Shown piece after piece: positions 50,859-64,000 of a stretch of DNA of 64,000 nt. A program made the position numbers and the translations under genes. Origin of the DNA: Cirrosporium novae-zelandiae (lineage: Eukaryota); the NCBI GenBank assembly GCA_026023565.1, contig JAPETS010000001.1, forward strand, positions 1,240,001 to 1,304,000, read 5' to 3'. Under the pieces are notes generated by a model. That model did no database searches. It was not told the origin of the DNA and worked only from the letters and a program-made list of their open reading frames with translations. Every line of letters starts with the position of its first letter. The stretch's first letter is position 1.

Positions 50859-52892
50859 ATGGAAAGCCCAAACTCCGAGAAGGACCAGACTAGGTTCAGC
50901 ACCCCAGTTCCAGAACTGGATGATCACCGCGCCCGAGCGTCCCCAGAAACTCGCTCCATTGTTATAGATCCAGCAGCCATTGGATCAACATCCAGACGTG
51001 GTACCATGAATACCGTGCCTTCGTCGCACCATGCAGCCTTATTGCAAGTTAATGAAGCACTGCGCGAAGCGGGCTCCCACTCAAGGGATTTTGAGCAAGC
51101 GATTATCGACGACGATGAAGATGGCAAGAGCCTAGCATCTGCAATGTCAAAGACTCACCACCATCGTCGAGGCACGATACGTCATTCCAAGGTTCCACAA
51201 GACAAACTATCAAGGTCCCGAGACTCGTCTCGCTCAAGCAGTTCTTCAAGGCCCCATTCAGTGGATGCTTTTGCTGATATGAGAACGCGCGAGCGTGCAA
51301 ATACATTTTGCAGCACTTCACCATCTGATATAGAATTGGTTCATCACCGAACCATCTCCAATGGGACACATGGACGCCGCCCTACTTTTGGCGCCGAGAG
51401 CATTGCTCAGCATACGGTTCTTAGTGACAAAGTCTCAGTTCATAATGCAGATGAAGATACGGCCTTCCCACCTTACCAAGAGGTGGACACTCCTGAAATT
51501 GACTTCGAGGAGCTCGAAGAATTTGTATTGGAAAGTTCTCGGGGGCGCCAACTTAACGCTGGGACGCCACGCCGAACTCAGAGCATTAGCTGCCAAAGCC
51601 CACGTAGGAAGATATTCCAAGACCTCCGACAGATGAAGAAAGGAGAGATTCCTAATCTTGCCAATGGTGTTAACCCTGAGCGCCTCGACGATTTCATACA
51701 AGGGACTACGGGGGTCGAATCTGACGAGAAGGTGAACGAGAAAGTGGAGGAATATTTGGACACAAACTTCGGACCCAAGCAACAAGTGCAAAGCGAAATA
51801 ACCCGTTATAGCTTCTTCTCCTCAGAGGTTGATACTACTGCTCATGCCCAAGAGCTTGGAGACTTGCTTCTCCCAGGCGAAAGTTTTAGCAGTATTTTCG
51901 ACCTTCCACCGAATACTGGTGTATGGTGGCTTCATTTGCTCCAACCTCGACCAGATGAGATTGCAGCTATCTGCAAGGCCTTTGATATACATCGCCTTAC
52001 AGAAGAGGATATCCGCGAGAAAGAAGAGCGGGAGAAAGTGGAGCTTTTCCAGAATTATTACTTTGTATCATTCCGTTCATTCAATCAGGACCCCAGCAGC
52101 GAGGACTACCTGGACCCCATTCAGATCTACATCATAGTTTTTCGCTGCGGTGTTTTGAGTTTCTCATACACACATACTCCTCACGCAGCAAACGTACGGG
52201 CAAAAATTGCGAATTACCGTGATACGAGAGGCCTACACAGCGATTGGATTTGCTACGCATTAGTGTGAGTGAAAACTCTAGGTCTCAACTTGACAATGAC
52301 TAACTTAACTAGTGATAATATTGTTGACTCATTTATGCCCCATATCCGTGAGGTCGAGAAAGAAACCGACGTCATCGAAGACCAAGTATTTGTCGCCCGC
52401 GCGGAGGATCTAAGTCAGAACATGCGCCAAATTGGACAATGTCGCAAGAAAGTGATGAGCCTCATGCGGCTTTTGGGAGGCAAAGCCGATGTTATCAAAG
52501 GCTTCGCAAAGCGGTGCAACCCTGATCATGCCATTACTCCGCGTGCAGATATCGGGCTTTACTTGGGTGATATCCAAGATCATGTTGTGACTATGATGAC
52601 GAATCTCGGGCATTATGAAAAAATGCTATCTCGGTCCCATTCCAATTACCTCGCTCAAGCAAATATGGAAAGTATTGCCGCTGGTGCCCGGAACAATGAA
52701 GTCCTCAACCGGATCACACTTATCGCTACTCTTCTAGTCCCACTTAATCTCGTGACAGGCCTGTTTGGTATGAATGTTAAAGTCCCTGGCCGGGAGAATA
52801 ACAGCCTTACCTGGTTCTTCTCCATTGTTGGGTTCCTCGTTGCATTCGTCATGGTCGGTGTAGTCGTCGCGAGAAGACTTCGATTCTTCTGA
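50859..52892 (+). CDS. ALR1: CorA-family Mg2+ transporter Alr1; exons 50859-52264, 52313-52892
   Basis: WWLHLLQP, HRLTEEDI, REKVELFQNYYFVSF, DWICYALVDNIVDSF, YLGDIQDHV and TGLFGMNV (GMN motif) followed by the last TM helix. Confidence 0.95.
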
Positions 52893-53668
52893 TTATATTT
52901 ATCCACCACCTCAAACTTATACATATTCTTCAGCAAAAGGAACAATAATGAGGAATAATGCAGTAATACGAAAAAAGGGAAACATTGGTGCACGACAAAT
53001 GCAATACTTATCTCATTATACGGCCCTGTATCTTGGAATTTTAACTATGATGCCAACTGTTCCAGTCGTGTCTTAATGCCTAGTATTATTTCTACCTGCA
53101 CACCTAAAATTTTTGTATTTCCAGAGCTAATGTCAGAGTTGAAGCTGGAAGTTCTTGGGATACAATATTAGGTGATATGAGTGGAGCTGATACTCATTTT
53201 TTTATCTCATGTGCCTTTTCTAGATAGAAGATTCCATCCAATAGATGGATGGGAAGGGAACTCTTCGTATTCTTAGAAGTCTTGCTTTGGTCTATCTATC
53301 CTGCGGAGGATTTTTTGATTGTCTGCGTGATAAAAATCTGAGTTAGTGTTAGTAATAACGAAGATAAATATGTTAATGCATACTACTTGGACTATTTAAC
53401 CCATGAATGCGAGGACGTGATAGAGTCCGTCGGACCAGACGTGTAAAAGCCTGTCTCTTAGGCCTAGGTGAACCCCTGATGGGAGGGAAAAGAGAGAAAA
53501 GAAAAATGTCTTTAATCATGCTATTTCTCTCGAATGATTCAGAAGTATCGTATCCAGTCCCTCCCCTCCATGTTCCATCTTACATTCATACCACCCATAT
53601 CCTTCCTTCGAGAGGTCAAATATACATTCAAAAAAATACACGCTTAATATTCACATGGCAAAACATAG

Positions 53669-54975
53669 TTAAATCTCACCACCCCTAAGCTCCCCAATAT
53701 CATCCCAAAAACCCCACCCCCACCTCTCCTCCTCCCCCGGCATCCCAACCCTCGCCCTCCCCTTAACCTTCACCCCTCCATCAGCCCCCTCACACCAAAT
53801 CTCCCATGCGCCTCCACACCTATCTCCATTCCCATTCCCATTATCCCCCTCCTTCTCCCTCACACAAACTCTTAGCTCCTCTCCACAATACATAGGCGCG
53901 ATATTGCGATAGCTGACCTCGCGAATCGCGGGCCTGGAAGCGGAATCCGGATGCAGGGAGGAGAGGTGAGCGGACAGGACGGACAGCATAAGGGTTAGGG
54001 AGAGCGGGCCGTGGACGAGGAGGGAAGGGTGCGCTTCGTGGTGGAGGGAGTAGAGGGGGGAAAGGTGGATTTGGTGCGCATTCATTGTTAGGGCGGAGTA
54101 GCGGAAGAGGAGGGGTTGAGTTGGCACGAGGGTATGCACGTAGGTCGGGGGGTGCGGGGCTGCGGTGGAATTTGTTAGCGATAGACATCCTATTTTTGTC
54201 AAGGTAAATTGAAACTTGAAGCCTACTACTCACCTTTGATGATTTTTCCGGGCTTTCTGTTCCCTGCCATGGCCTCTTCCCTTGCCTTGTCCAGCTCCTC
54301 CTCGCTCCTCCCTCTCATAAACACCATCTCCCTCCTCTCCACAACTTGAACCCCGCCACCATTCCCCCACAACTCTTCCACTCCTGCTCCATCTTCTGCT
54401 TCTTCTTCCCCCTCAATGCCCCAAACTCGCTCCATAATTCCCTCCTCGTCCTCCCCCTCCAACACATTCGACATTCGCCGCTCCACGCTCACAAATATCT
54501 TTTCATTGCCCGCCGACCCGCGGATTTTAACGTCCGTAATGCGCTCCGCGCACACGGCGCGACTTCCATCGAGCAGCATTGGTGGACTGGGGAAATACAT
54601 GTGTCCACCAGCCCACATGCGCCTTGTAAACGGCTTTCCTGGGCTTAATTGCGGATCGGTGCCGTCGGGGAGGAGGAGAGGGATTGGAGTTGGCGGGGGG
54701 AAGTAGACGAGATGGTGAGATGGAGGGAGAGGTAATTCGGATGTGACGGAGGGGAGGATGGCGGGGATGGCGTGTTTGGGGAGGAAGGACGAGAGGGTTA
54801 CATTTAGGAGATGGGATGGCTGTGGGGTGAGGTAATCGTAGAGGAGGGGGAGATGTCGGCGTGGGAGGGTTGCGGTTAGGTGGGCGTAGGATGAAGTGGA
54901 GGTGCTGGCGGCGCGGGGGCGGGCAGCCAGCGGGAGGGATAACTTGAGCTTGGAGGTGGGTGGTTTTGGCGGCAT
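53669..54975 (-). CDS. Hot-dog fold hydroxyacyl-thioester dehydratase (Htd2/MaoC-like); exons 54975-54234, 54159-53669
   Basis: HHLVYFPP, LLPDGTD, RRMWAGG, LLFRYSALTMNAHQIH and LLVHGPL. Confidence 0.85.
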
Positions 54976-55290
54976 TATCACAAAGGTTTTTGTCTTCCTG
55001 ATAGAACGGTAATATTATTAGGAATATGAGGATGATGCCGATAGTGATGGCGATGATATTACCATGGTATAAGCATGGTTATTTGGTCTTCAATTGATAT
55101 TTGATCGAGGGCGGTTACAATATTTCGGCTTACCCCGGACTTTCGACCCCTCTTAACCCGAGCACGTCGCGAGATTGATCCGAGAGGTCCTTATCGATAA
55201 ACCTCCTCCGCTTGTCCTTACAGGATTTTTTCTTATTTTTATGCGAAAGAGGCTCAATTGAAGCCTAAAGGAGTTTATATTACCCTCGAC

Positions 55291-56363
55291 ATGTCATCGC
55301 AAAACAATCATTCCCAATTGGTAGCCTACTTAGGACCCCCCTCGTCATACTCCCATCAAGTTCGCCCTCTCTTTTCTTCTTTTTCTTCTTCACTTTCCCA
55401 CACCAACTCTCCCCTCCAAACTAACTCAACTTTTCCATCTAGGCCACTCTCTCGTACTTCTCGCACCTCTCCCCCACCTCCATAACCCCTGTTCCCACCA
55501 TCACCTCCATATTCCACCATGTCCACACTCGCGCCGTCACTTACGGCGTCGTCCCCTTCGAAAACAGCACCCATGGCTCCGTGGTGCAAACCCTTGACCT
55601 CTTTGCTGACCGCGAGGGTTCCTTTCCGGATCTTTTCGTATGTGGGGAAGTCTACCTCCCCGTGCGGCATTGCCTCTTAGTACACAAATCGAGCCGAATA
55701 AGAACAGAAGAAAAAGACGACAAAGCCACCGACATCTCGTTATTAAAAATAAAGACCATCTACTCCCACCCCCAGGCCCTGGGCCAATGTCAGAGATATA
55801 TCCATAAGCACATTTCCCCCTCGGTATCTCTCCAGGATGTCTCATCGACGTCGCGGGCTGCGGAAATAGTATCCCAAGATCCCTCGGGCACAACCGCTGC
55901 CATCGCGTCCTCGTTATCGGCACAGGCACATGGTCTCTCTATTCTCGCTGAGGGGATAGAAGATAGACCTGACAACGCAACTCGCTTCTTAATAATTCAA
56001 AAAGCCACAGGTGACGATAGCGACGGCGTAGAAGAAACTAGCAGCAATTCAATTCCACCCCCCAAATGCAAAACCCTTATTTCTTTTACAATCCCGCATA
56101 CCCTCCCGGGAGCGCTATCCGACGCCCTTTCCGTCTTCAAAGCTCACAGCCTAAATCTCACGAGCATAAACTCCCGTCCCAGTCGCGATAGGCCGTGGCA
56201 CTATGTGTTTTTTGTCGAAGTTGAGGGACGCAAAGGGAGTGAGAGAGGGAATGTAGTTGGGAGAGCGTTGGATGAGCTTAGTAGGGTTACGAGAGAAAGG
56301 AGATGGCTGGGGACCTGGAGAGATGCCTTGAGTGGGAAGAGTAAGAGAGAAGGAGAGGAGTGA
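55291..56363 (+). CDS. PHA2: Prephenate dehydratase; exons 55291-55359, 55443-56363
   Basis: VAYLGPPSSYSHQA, VVPFENSTHGSV, YSHPQALGQC, DNATRFL and an ACT domain (PGALSDAL..NLTSINSRPS). Confidence 0.95.
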
Positions 56364-56915
56364 CGAGATTATCGTCATGGAAGCTATATTAATGTCGTTT
56401 TGAGCTTATATTTTTCAACTAGGAACCGTAACATGACTAGAGCCACCTTCTGTAATAGAATAGGTTCAAAATACGAGGCGCCGGAGTGCAGGATAGCCCC
56501 ATTTACAGACTCCCAATGTACTGTACTCTACAAGGTTGAACGTGCTTCCCTTTCTAGTCGTGAGCTGTACCTTGACTGCTATTGATAACGGTAGCCATGG
56601 AGAATTTTAACCAACTCGACTAATTCGATTCGACTATTTTCTAGAAAGAACATGCAAGTAAAAGAATGTGGGGCGTCGTCTTCGACCAACAGATATTGGT
56701 ACAGAGACAGACATAGCAATATTGCATCACAAAGCAGCAACGAGGCTTCTGCAAGCAAAAAGCACATATCATAGATGGAAGGGTGGAATTGAAGCGGCGC
56801 GCATGCTCGACATGGTTAAATTAGGGGGTTTGACCATCGAGAACTTTTCTTCAGCGCCGAGCCTCTCTTCTCAGTATCGCATCAAAGAACACAGCAACGA
56901 CGTTATCAAGTCAAA

Positions 56916-57013
56916 CTTTTGAATAAGTTAGCTTAAACCTCCATGGCACCCGGGATGAATATAGAGAGACATACTCATCCTACTCGTCTTACTTGTCCAA
57001 TCCCGTCACTTAC
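56916..57013 (-). promoter_or_regulatory. Predicted 3'UTR intron of eRF1 (NMD-inducing element)
   Basis: Donor GTAAGT at 57013-57008 (alternative GTAAGA at 56992), branch point GCTAAC at 56932-56927 and AAG acceptor at 56916. The donor lies 149 nt after the stop codon. Confidence 0.7.
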
Positions 57014-57162
57014 AACATTGAGCTGCGATGCGGTCTTCGATTGGAAGATTCGTTATCGGCTTGAAGAACGTCGAAGCGACGTTCGTCGCGAAGAGCCGTC
57101 AGCTGGTTGTTTTCTGAAACCGCTGGACGGGCATCCTCGCTCCCGGCGAGGTTGCCAAACCG

Positions 57163-59078
<1,916 letters not shown>

Positions 59079-60118
59079 CTTGATGGGAGATTTCGCCGAT
59101 GGCGACGATAGCAGCTAAATGTGTAGAAGATATCTACGACTATTTAAGAACCACCGATGTTGAAAAGAAGGATAATGGGAGATTTAAGTGAAAGTAAGAG
59201 GAGGTAGATGATGATGATGATGGTGGAGGTGGTGGTTGTTTGAAAATTGAGATTGAAATGGTGGGTGGGTGGGACTAAAGTTCTGCCCTGCCTGAAGCAT
59301 TTGGGTCCCTAGGCACCACGCTGGTCCCAAAATAATAGTAAAAAAAAATAAGCTGGGCACTGAGAGAATGAGAGGACAGCGTCATCGGGGGGGTTCGGGG
59401 TGTCATGGTTAGCTCTACATGGATTTTGGATATTTGGACATCTATCCACAAAACCCATAAATTAATTACTTGTACTGTATCTAGATAATTACTTGTAGAA
59501 TTTAATGTAACCATTTTCGAGCAAGCTTGACCGGCCCGTCTTTGGTGGTCGATTAAATCATTCAAATGCCCCACCGCATTAAATCAACTTGGTAAATACA
59601 ACCCTTTCTACTTTGTAAACTCTACATTATCATCATCATCATCATCATCATTCCCTCATGCATTCTATCCCACATCTCCCACATGTCTCTCCATCTTCTA
59701 CCCTTTTTTTCTTTTTTTTTTCTTGGTCATTCTCTTTTTTCTACTTTTTTCTCTTACTATTCTCTATTCATTCGGCGCTTGTACATTTATTTCCCTGAAT
59801 TATTTGCCACTGGCCTTCAGAGTTTTTTCATTAAAGACTGGGGTTGTTTCGCCGACTTCCACCTGTGCACCCACCAAATCTTTCCATACCTTCTTATCTT
59901 CCACCTAAAAAAGATATCCTTTCACCTCCCGCTAGAGTAGTTCCAGACTCAATTCAAATTATTCTTTTAATCCGTGTGCTTGGCCGATCCAAGTTTTTAA
60001 CCCAACCCAACCCCCCCAAGTTTGTTTCCTTGTTATATTAAGAGTCCTCGAAGAAATATGAATTGAAATGTCTCCTCCCATCCAATCTTGAGTATTACGA
60101 GAAGGAAAGGAATAAACC

Positions 60119-62347
60119 ATGGCTAATTCTAACGGTAATCTTTCATGGTCTGCTTTTGAGCAAGGAAGATATCCGACTGCTTTCCTCTCCAGCTCTCAAC
60201 CTGACTCTGGGGATGATCAAAATCTACCAACTTCACATTCTATACAGGTTCCAAGACAACGAAGCGGTTATGGACGGCACTCCTTTGGTGGTGATGGCCA
60301 GGGAAGAAGGTTTGTTCTATTCTCTCTATTGCTACTACGTGCATATTTCCAAGGGAGCTTGAACATTCCTCTAGTTTCATTTTCTAGAGACTGATTTTCA
60401 AGCATGCTCAAAACCACACCCACTAATACCAACTTAACTTGTAGGTCTTCTTTCAATGCTGCCATCGCTACAATGCGCCAAGTAGGCGGCGTAAATAGCT
60501 TCGACAATTTTGCCCGCTCTTGGCAACGCGCCGCTGGCTTCCATGAAATCACTCCCGCTCGCTCATCATTCAAGGCTACCGATGAAATTGACGAACAGAC
60601 TGGTCCAGGAGACGAAGAACAAGGTCAATCACCATCTCTACTGAGACAACAATTGCAACAGGCGGGATTAACTGGGAGGGAGAATGCTATCCAGGATGGT
60701 TCCGAACGTGGGATGGGTGACGGTGGTACAGAAGACGAGCCGCTATTATCAAGACAGAATACCGTGAGACGTATCGCCAGTAATCGCGTGGACGATATCT
60801 TTCTCTCTGCGTCGCCCATCTCAACTAGTTATGGAACAAGTTATGGGACCTTAGCCTCCAGGATCAATGAATCCTCGATGCGCCATGCCGCGCAGCTGTT
60901 CAAAGAACAGCAGGTTACAGGAGTCCAAGAACCTGAAGGAGGACGGGAACCATTGCTCGTGAAATGTGTGGAAAGAGAGGACGGTACAATCGTAGCAGAA
61001 ATCATCGGGCAGTCCACGCTACCTCAAACCATTTCTAATTCCATAAATGTGTTGATTGGAGTGGGGCTACTAGGTTTGCCAATGGGGATTAAGTACGCAG
61101 GCTGGGCAATTGGTATGCCGATGCTCCTTTTCGCCGCAATCTGTACCTCGTACACGGCCAAGCTCCTCGCAAAATGCTTGGATGTTGATAAAAGTCTCGT
61201 TACCTTTGCTGATCTAGCTTACATATCTTTTGGACACCCTGCTAGGGTGATAACAAGTATCCTCTTTACTCTGGAGCTACTGGCTGCCAATGTGGCGTTG
61301 GTGGTATTGTTTGCAGATAGTTTGAATGCTTTGGTGGATTCGTGGGGTATTTTGGAATTCAAGATTCTCTGTGGTCTATTTTTAATTCCTCTGTGTTTTG
61401 TGCCCATGAGATGGCTGAGTTTCTCGAGTACACTTGGAATTTTGTGTTGTTTTGGGAGTAAGTCTTTCCTGTTTTATTTCTCAACGGCTACTTTCTTGCT
61501 AATATATGTTTCAGTCGTGCTGATAACCTTCATCGACGGTCTAATTAAGCCACATACTCCAGGATCGTTGAGGGAACCTGCGAAAACCTATCTTTTCCCA
61601 GCAGATTGGAGGACTCTGCCGCTCAGCTTCGGTCTCCTTATGTGTAAGTAATCTCTATGTAGACTGGATACGTCCATCATGCTGATTACACTTTGCAAAG
61701 CTCCTTGGGGTGGTCACAGTGTCTTTCCGAATCTCTACCGTGATATGAGACATCCGCAGAAATACGGCAGAGCGGTTAAGACCACATATACCTTCACATA
61801 CCTCCTTGACCTCTCCATGGCCGTAGCTGGTCTCCTCATGTTCGGTGACTCGGTCCGGGATGAAGTGACAGCGAATCTCCTACTCACAATCGGATATCCC
61901 CAAGCCACAAAATTCATTATCATTATTCTTGTTTCCATCATCCCATTGACCAAAATCCCCCTGAACGCTTTCCCCATTGTCTCCACGTTGGAGATCTTCT
62001 CTGGTCTCGATCCTCGCGCTCTTCCCGCCACTGATAGCATGCTTGGCATGTCTGGCTTTACAAGAGGGTTTCTCAAGGCCGGGATTCGTGTTTTCACTAT
62101 CAGCATCATAGTCGTCATCGCAATTGTATTCCCAGCATTCGACCGTATCATGGCGTTGATGGGATCCGCCTTGTGTTTTACAATCTGTATAATCCTCCCC
62201 TTGTCCTTTCATCTGAAGATATTTGGCAAGGAAATCCCGTTGAAAGAGAGAGTATTAAATTGGTCTTTGATTATCATTTGTTCGACGATGGCCGCGGTTG
62301 GAACCGTGTGGGCGTTTTTGCCTCGAGATAAGATTGGCGCCGACTAA
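60119..62347 (+). CDS. AVT1: Vacuolar amino-acid transporter Avt1 (AAAP family); exons 60119-60309, 60445-61457, 61515-61643, 61701-62347
   Basis: GGVNSFDNFARSWQRAA, GQSTLPQTISNSINVLIGVGLL, PWGGHSVFPNLYRDMRHP and multiple TM helices. Confidence 0.92.
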
Positions 62348-62602
62348 AAAGCACTGTCAGGTTTTAGGGAAATAAAATGTTTTTCATTCCTTCTTGTCGA
62401 TATATCGGCTGGGTTGGGATTCGGACTTGGTTGGGTTTAAAATCAAAAGTTTTGTGTCTTTTTGCTTTGTCAATTCCAAGGCCGGGGTCACGAGACGATG
62501 ATTTCTGTATATAACCTCGGTCACTTTTTAATAAATAATATCTTGATTTCTCATGGTTGATGTTCGGTCCATCTCGTCTGGATATCAATTCCATTCAATC
62601 CA

Positions 62603-63577
62603 TTAAGCCAGGACAACAGCGAAATTATTTCTCTTCCCTCCCGGATTAATCTCTTCTTTTTTGAACTTCCTTGTTCCTATCGGTGTCGGTGTAGATGTGG
62701 CCATATCATCAAACCTCCATAGATAATATGCAAGCTTATTCGTGATTTTCCTCTCCAGCATTACATAACCTAGCGACGTCATGATCTCACTCAGCCGGCC
62801 CTCAGTAAAGTATCTCGAATTTGTGACGCACGGCGCAGGCAGCACCAGAAACAGCGCCGGGAAGAAACCCCCTTCGCCTTCACCCTCACCCTCACTGTGC
62901 TTACCCCCCTGCCGCCGTGCGCGAAGGAACCTAGTCGTCCGTCGTAGCATCTCCCCCCTCCCCTCTGCATCTGGGACATAATTCAAAACAAGCGACAAGC
63001 TAATAAAGTCAAACCAGCCCTCCTCTTCTTCGGCTCCCTCGCGCGGCGGCGGCAAAGGCCTCTCCATAAAATCCTGCTGCAAGATGCCCTTCTCCTGCGC
63101 CTTGAGGTCAATCCTTTCCACGTCGAAAAGCCCACACATCGAACATGCGTTCTTCATGCTCAGACATCCCACTTCTAGTAATCGAAACTTCTTTCTGCTA
63201 TCCCGCTCCTCCTCCTCTTTCTTCAAAGAAGAAGAAGCAAGGCCCTGCCTCCCTCTCACCCACTCCACAAGCCTAACACTAGAATCTCCACCCCTCTCCG
63301 GCTTCTGCCCTGTTCGGCTTGCTACTTGATATGCATCGAGGCCTCCCTGGGCCTCAAGTTGCGCGGCGAGATGGGCCGCGAGCGCAAGGTTCCCGGAAGC
63401 GAGGGCAGCGACGCGGGACTTGTTTAGGGTATGGTAGGTGCGGATGAGGGTACGGGTCTTTTGGGAGGAGAGGGAGTGAGGGGTGGAGGGTTTGGTTTTG
63501 TGGAGGTAACGGTGGTGCGGAGGGCGGCCGGTGGTGAGGTTACTGAGTTTGGGCTTTCTGGAAGGGCGGGGGGTCAT
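62603..63577 (-). CDS. BMT2: 25S rRNA adenine-N1 methyltransferase Bmt2 (DUF3321)
   Basis: GGLDAYQVAS, RGGDSS, LLEVGCLS, IDL..ILQQDFMERPLP, ISLSLVLNYVP, LFLVLPAPCVTNSRY and RNNFAVVL. Confidence 0.92.
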   Translation of the reverse strand: MTPRPSRKPKLSNLTTGRPPHHRYLHKTKPSTPHSLSSQKTRTLIRTYHTLNKSRVAALASGNLALAAHLAAQLEAQGGLDAYQVASRTGQKPERGGDSSVRLVEWVRGRQGLASSSLKKEEEERDSRKKFRLLEVGCLSMKNACSMCGLFDVERIDLKAQEKGILQQDFMERPLPPPREGAEEEEGWFDFISLSLVLNYVPDAEGRGEMLRRTTRFLRARRQGGKHSEGEGEGEGGFFPALFLVLPAPCVTNSRYFTEGRLSEIMTSLGYVMLERKITNKLAYYLWRFDDMATSTPTPIGTRKFKKEEINPGGKRNNFAVVLA

Positions 63578-64000
63578 GGCTGGGTATTTTGATGGGGTGA
63601 GATGGGGAATTATAATATATATCTCCAATCCATATAGCTAGACAGATGACAGATAGATGTCACATTGACCTCAACACCATTTATTGTTGTTGAAGTGATA
63701 AATGAATTAAGGTTTCCCGTTCCGATCGGCATGGGTACTTCGGAACTTCCGATCTGGTTTTTGTGTGATGACAAGTCAACGTTTTCGTCGTGAAGACTTC
63801 ATTCACTCCGGTATATTAGGGTTTAATAGATATGATAGGTCTTTGGCCTGATATCTTGGAATCTAATCATATGCTCTCTCCACCCTCTTCCTAAACACAT
63901 ACAAACGTCTTAGTCTAATATACCAGGCAATCATAGCCGTAATTCTTCGTCCATCAAACAGTACATGATCTTGCACAGCAGTAGTATTCCATTCCCTCTC

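Overview
This is a gene-dense window from a filamentous ascomycete (Pezizomycotina; short GT-AG introns with CTAAC/CTGAC branch points). Hand splicing gives about 23 intact protein-coding genes. Housekeeping genes include ASE1, KIN17/RTS2, a derlin, CBF5, FYV10, BMT5, VRG4, a phosducin-like gene, SMI1/KNR4, RBX1, SPC1, ALR1, an HTD2-like gene, PHA2, eRF1/SUP45, AVT1 and BMT2. An accessory block at about 4-23 kb holds an F-box pseudogene, a secreted amidase, a small secreted protein, a divergent inositol oxygenase/GAR1-like aldo-keto reductase pair, a second-type P450 reductase facing a decayed P450, and a Zn2Cys6 factor. Two TA-flanked MITEs are present. The most notable signals lie outside the ORF track: (1) a readthrough plus 3'UTR-intron (RT-NMD) autoregulatory layout on eRF1; (2) a multi-stem, potentially switchable RNA structure upstream of the Mg2+ transporter ALR1; (3) a structured, H/ACA-like element in the long derlin intron; (4) a CBF5 gene split into 16 exons, many of them micro-exons; (5) the P450 relic. 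Gene models and family assignments come from manual reading and recall of family motifs; no database search was run.
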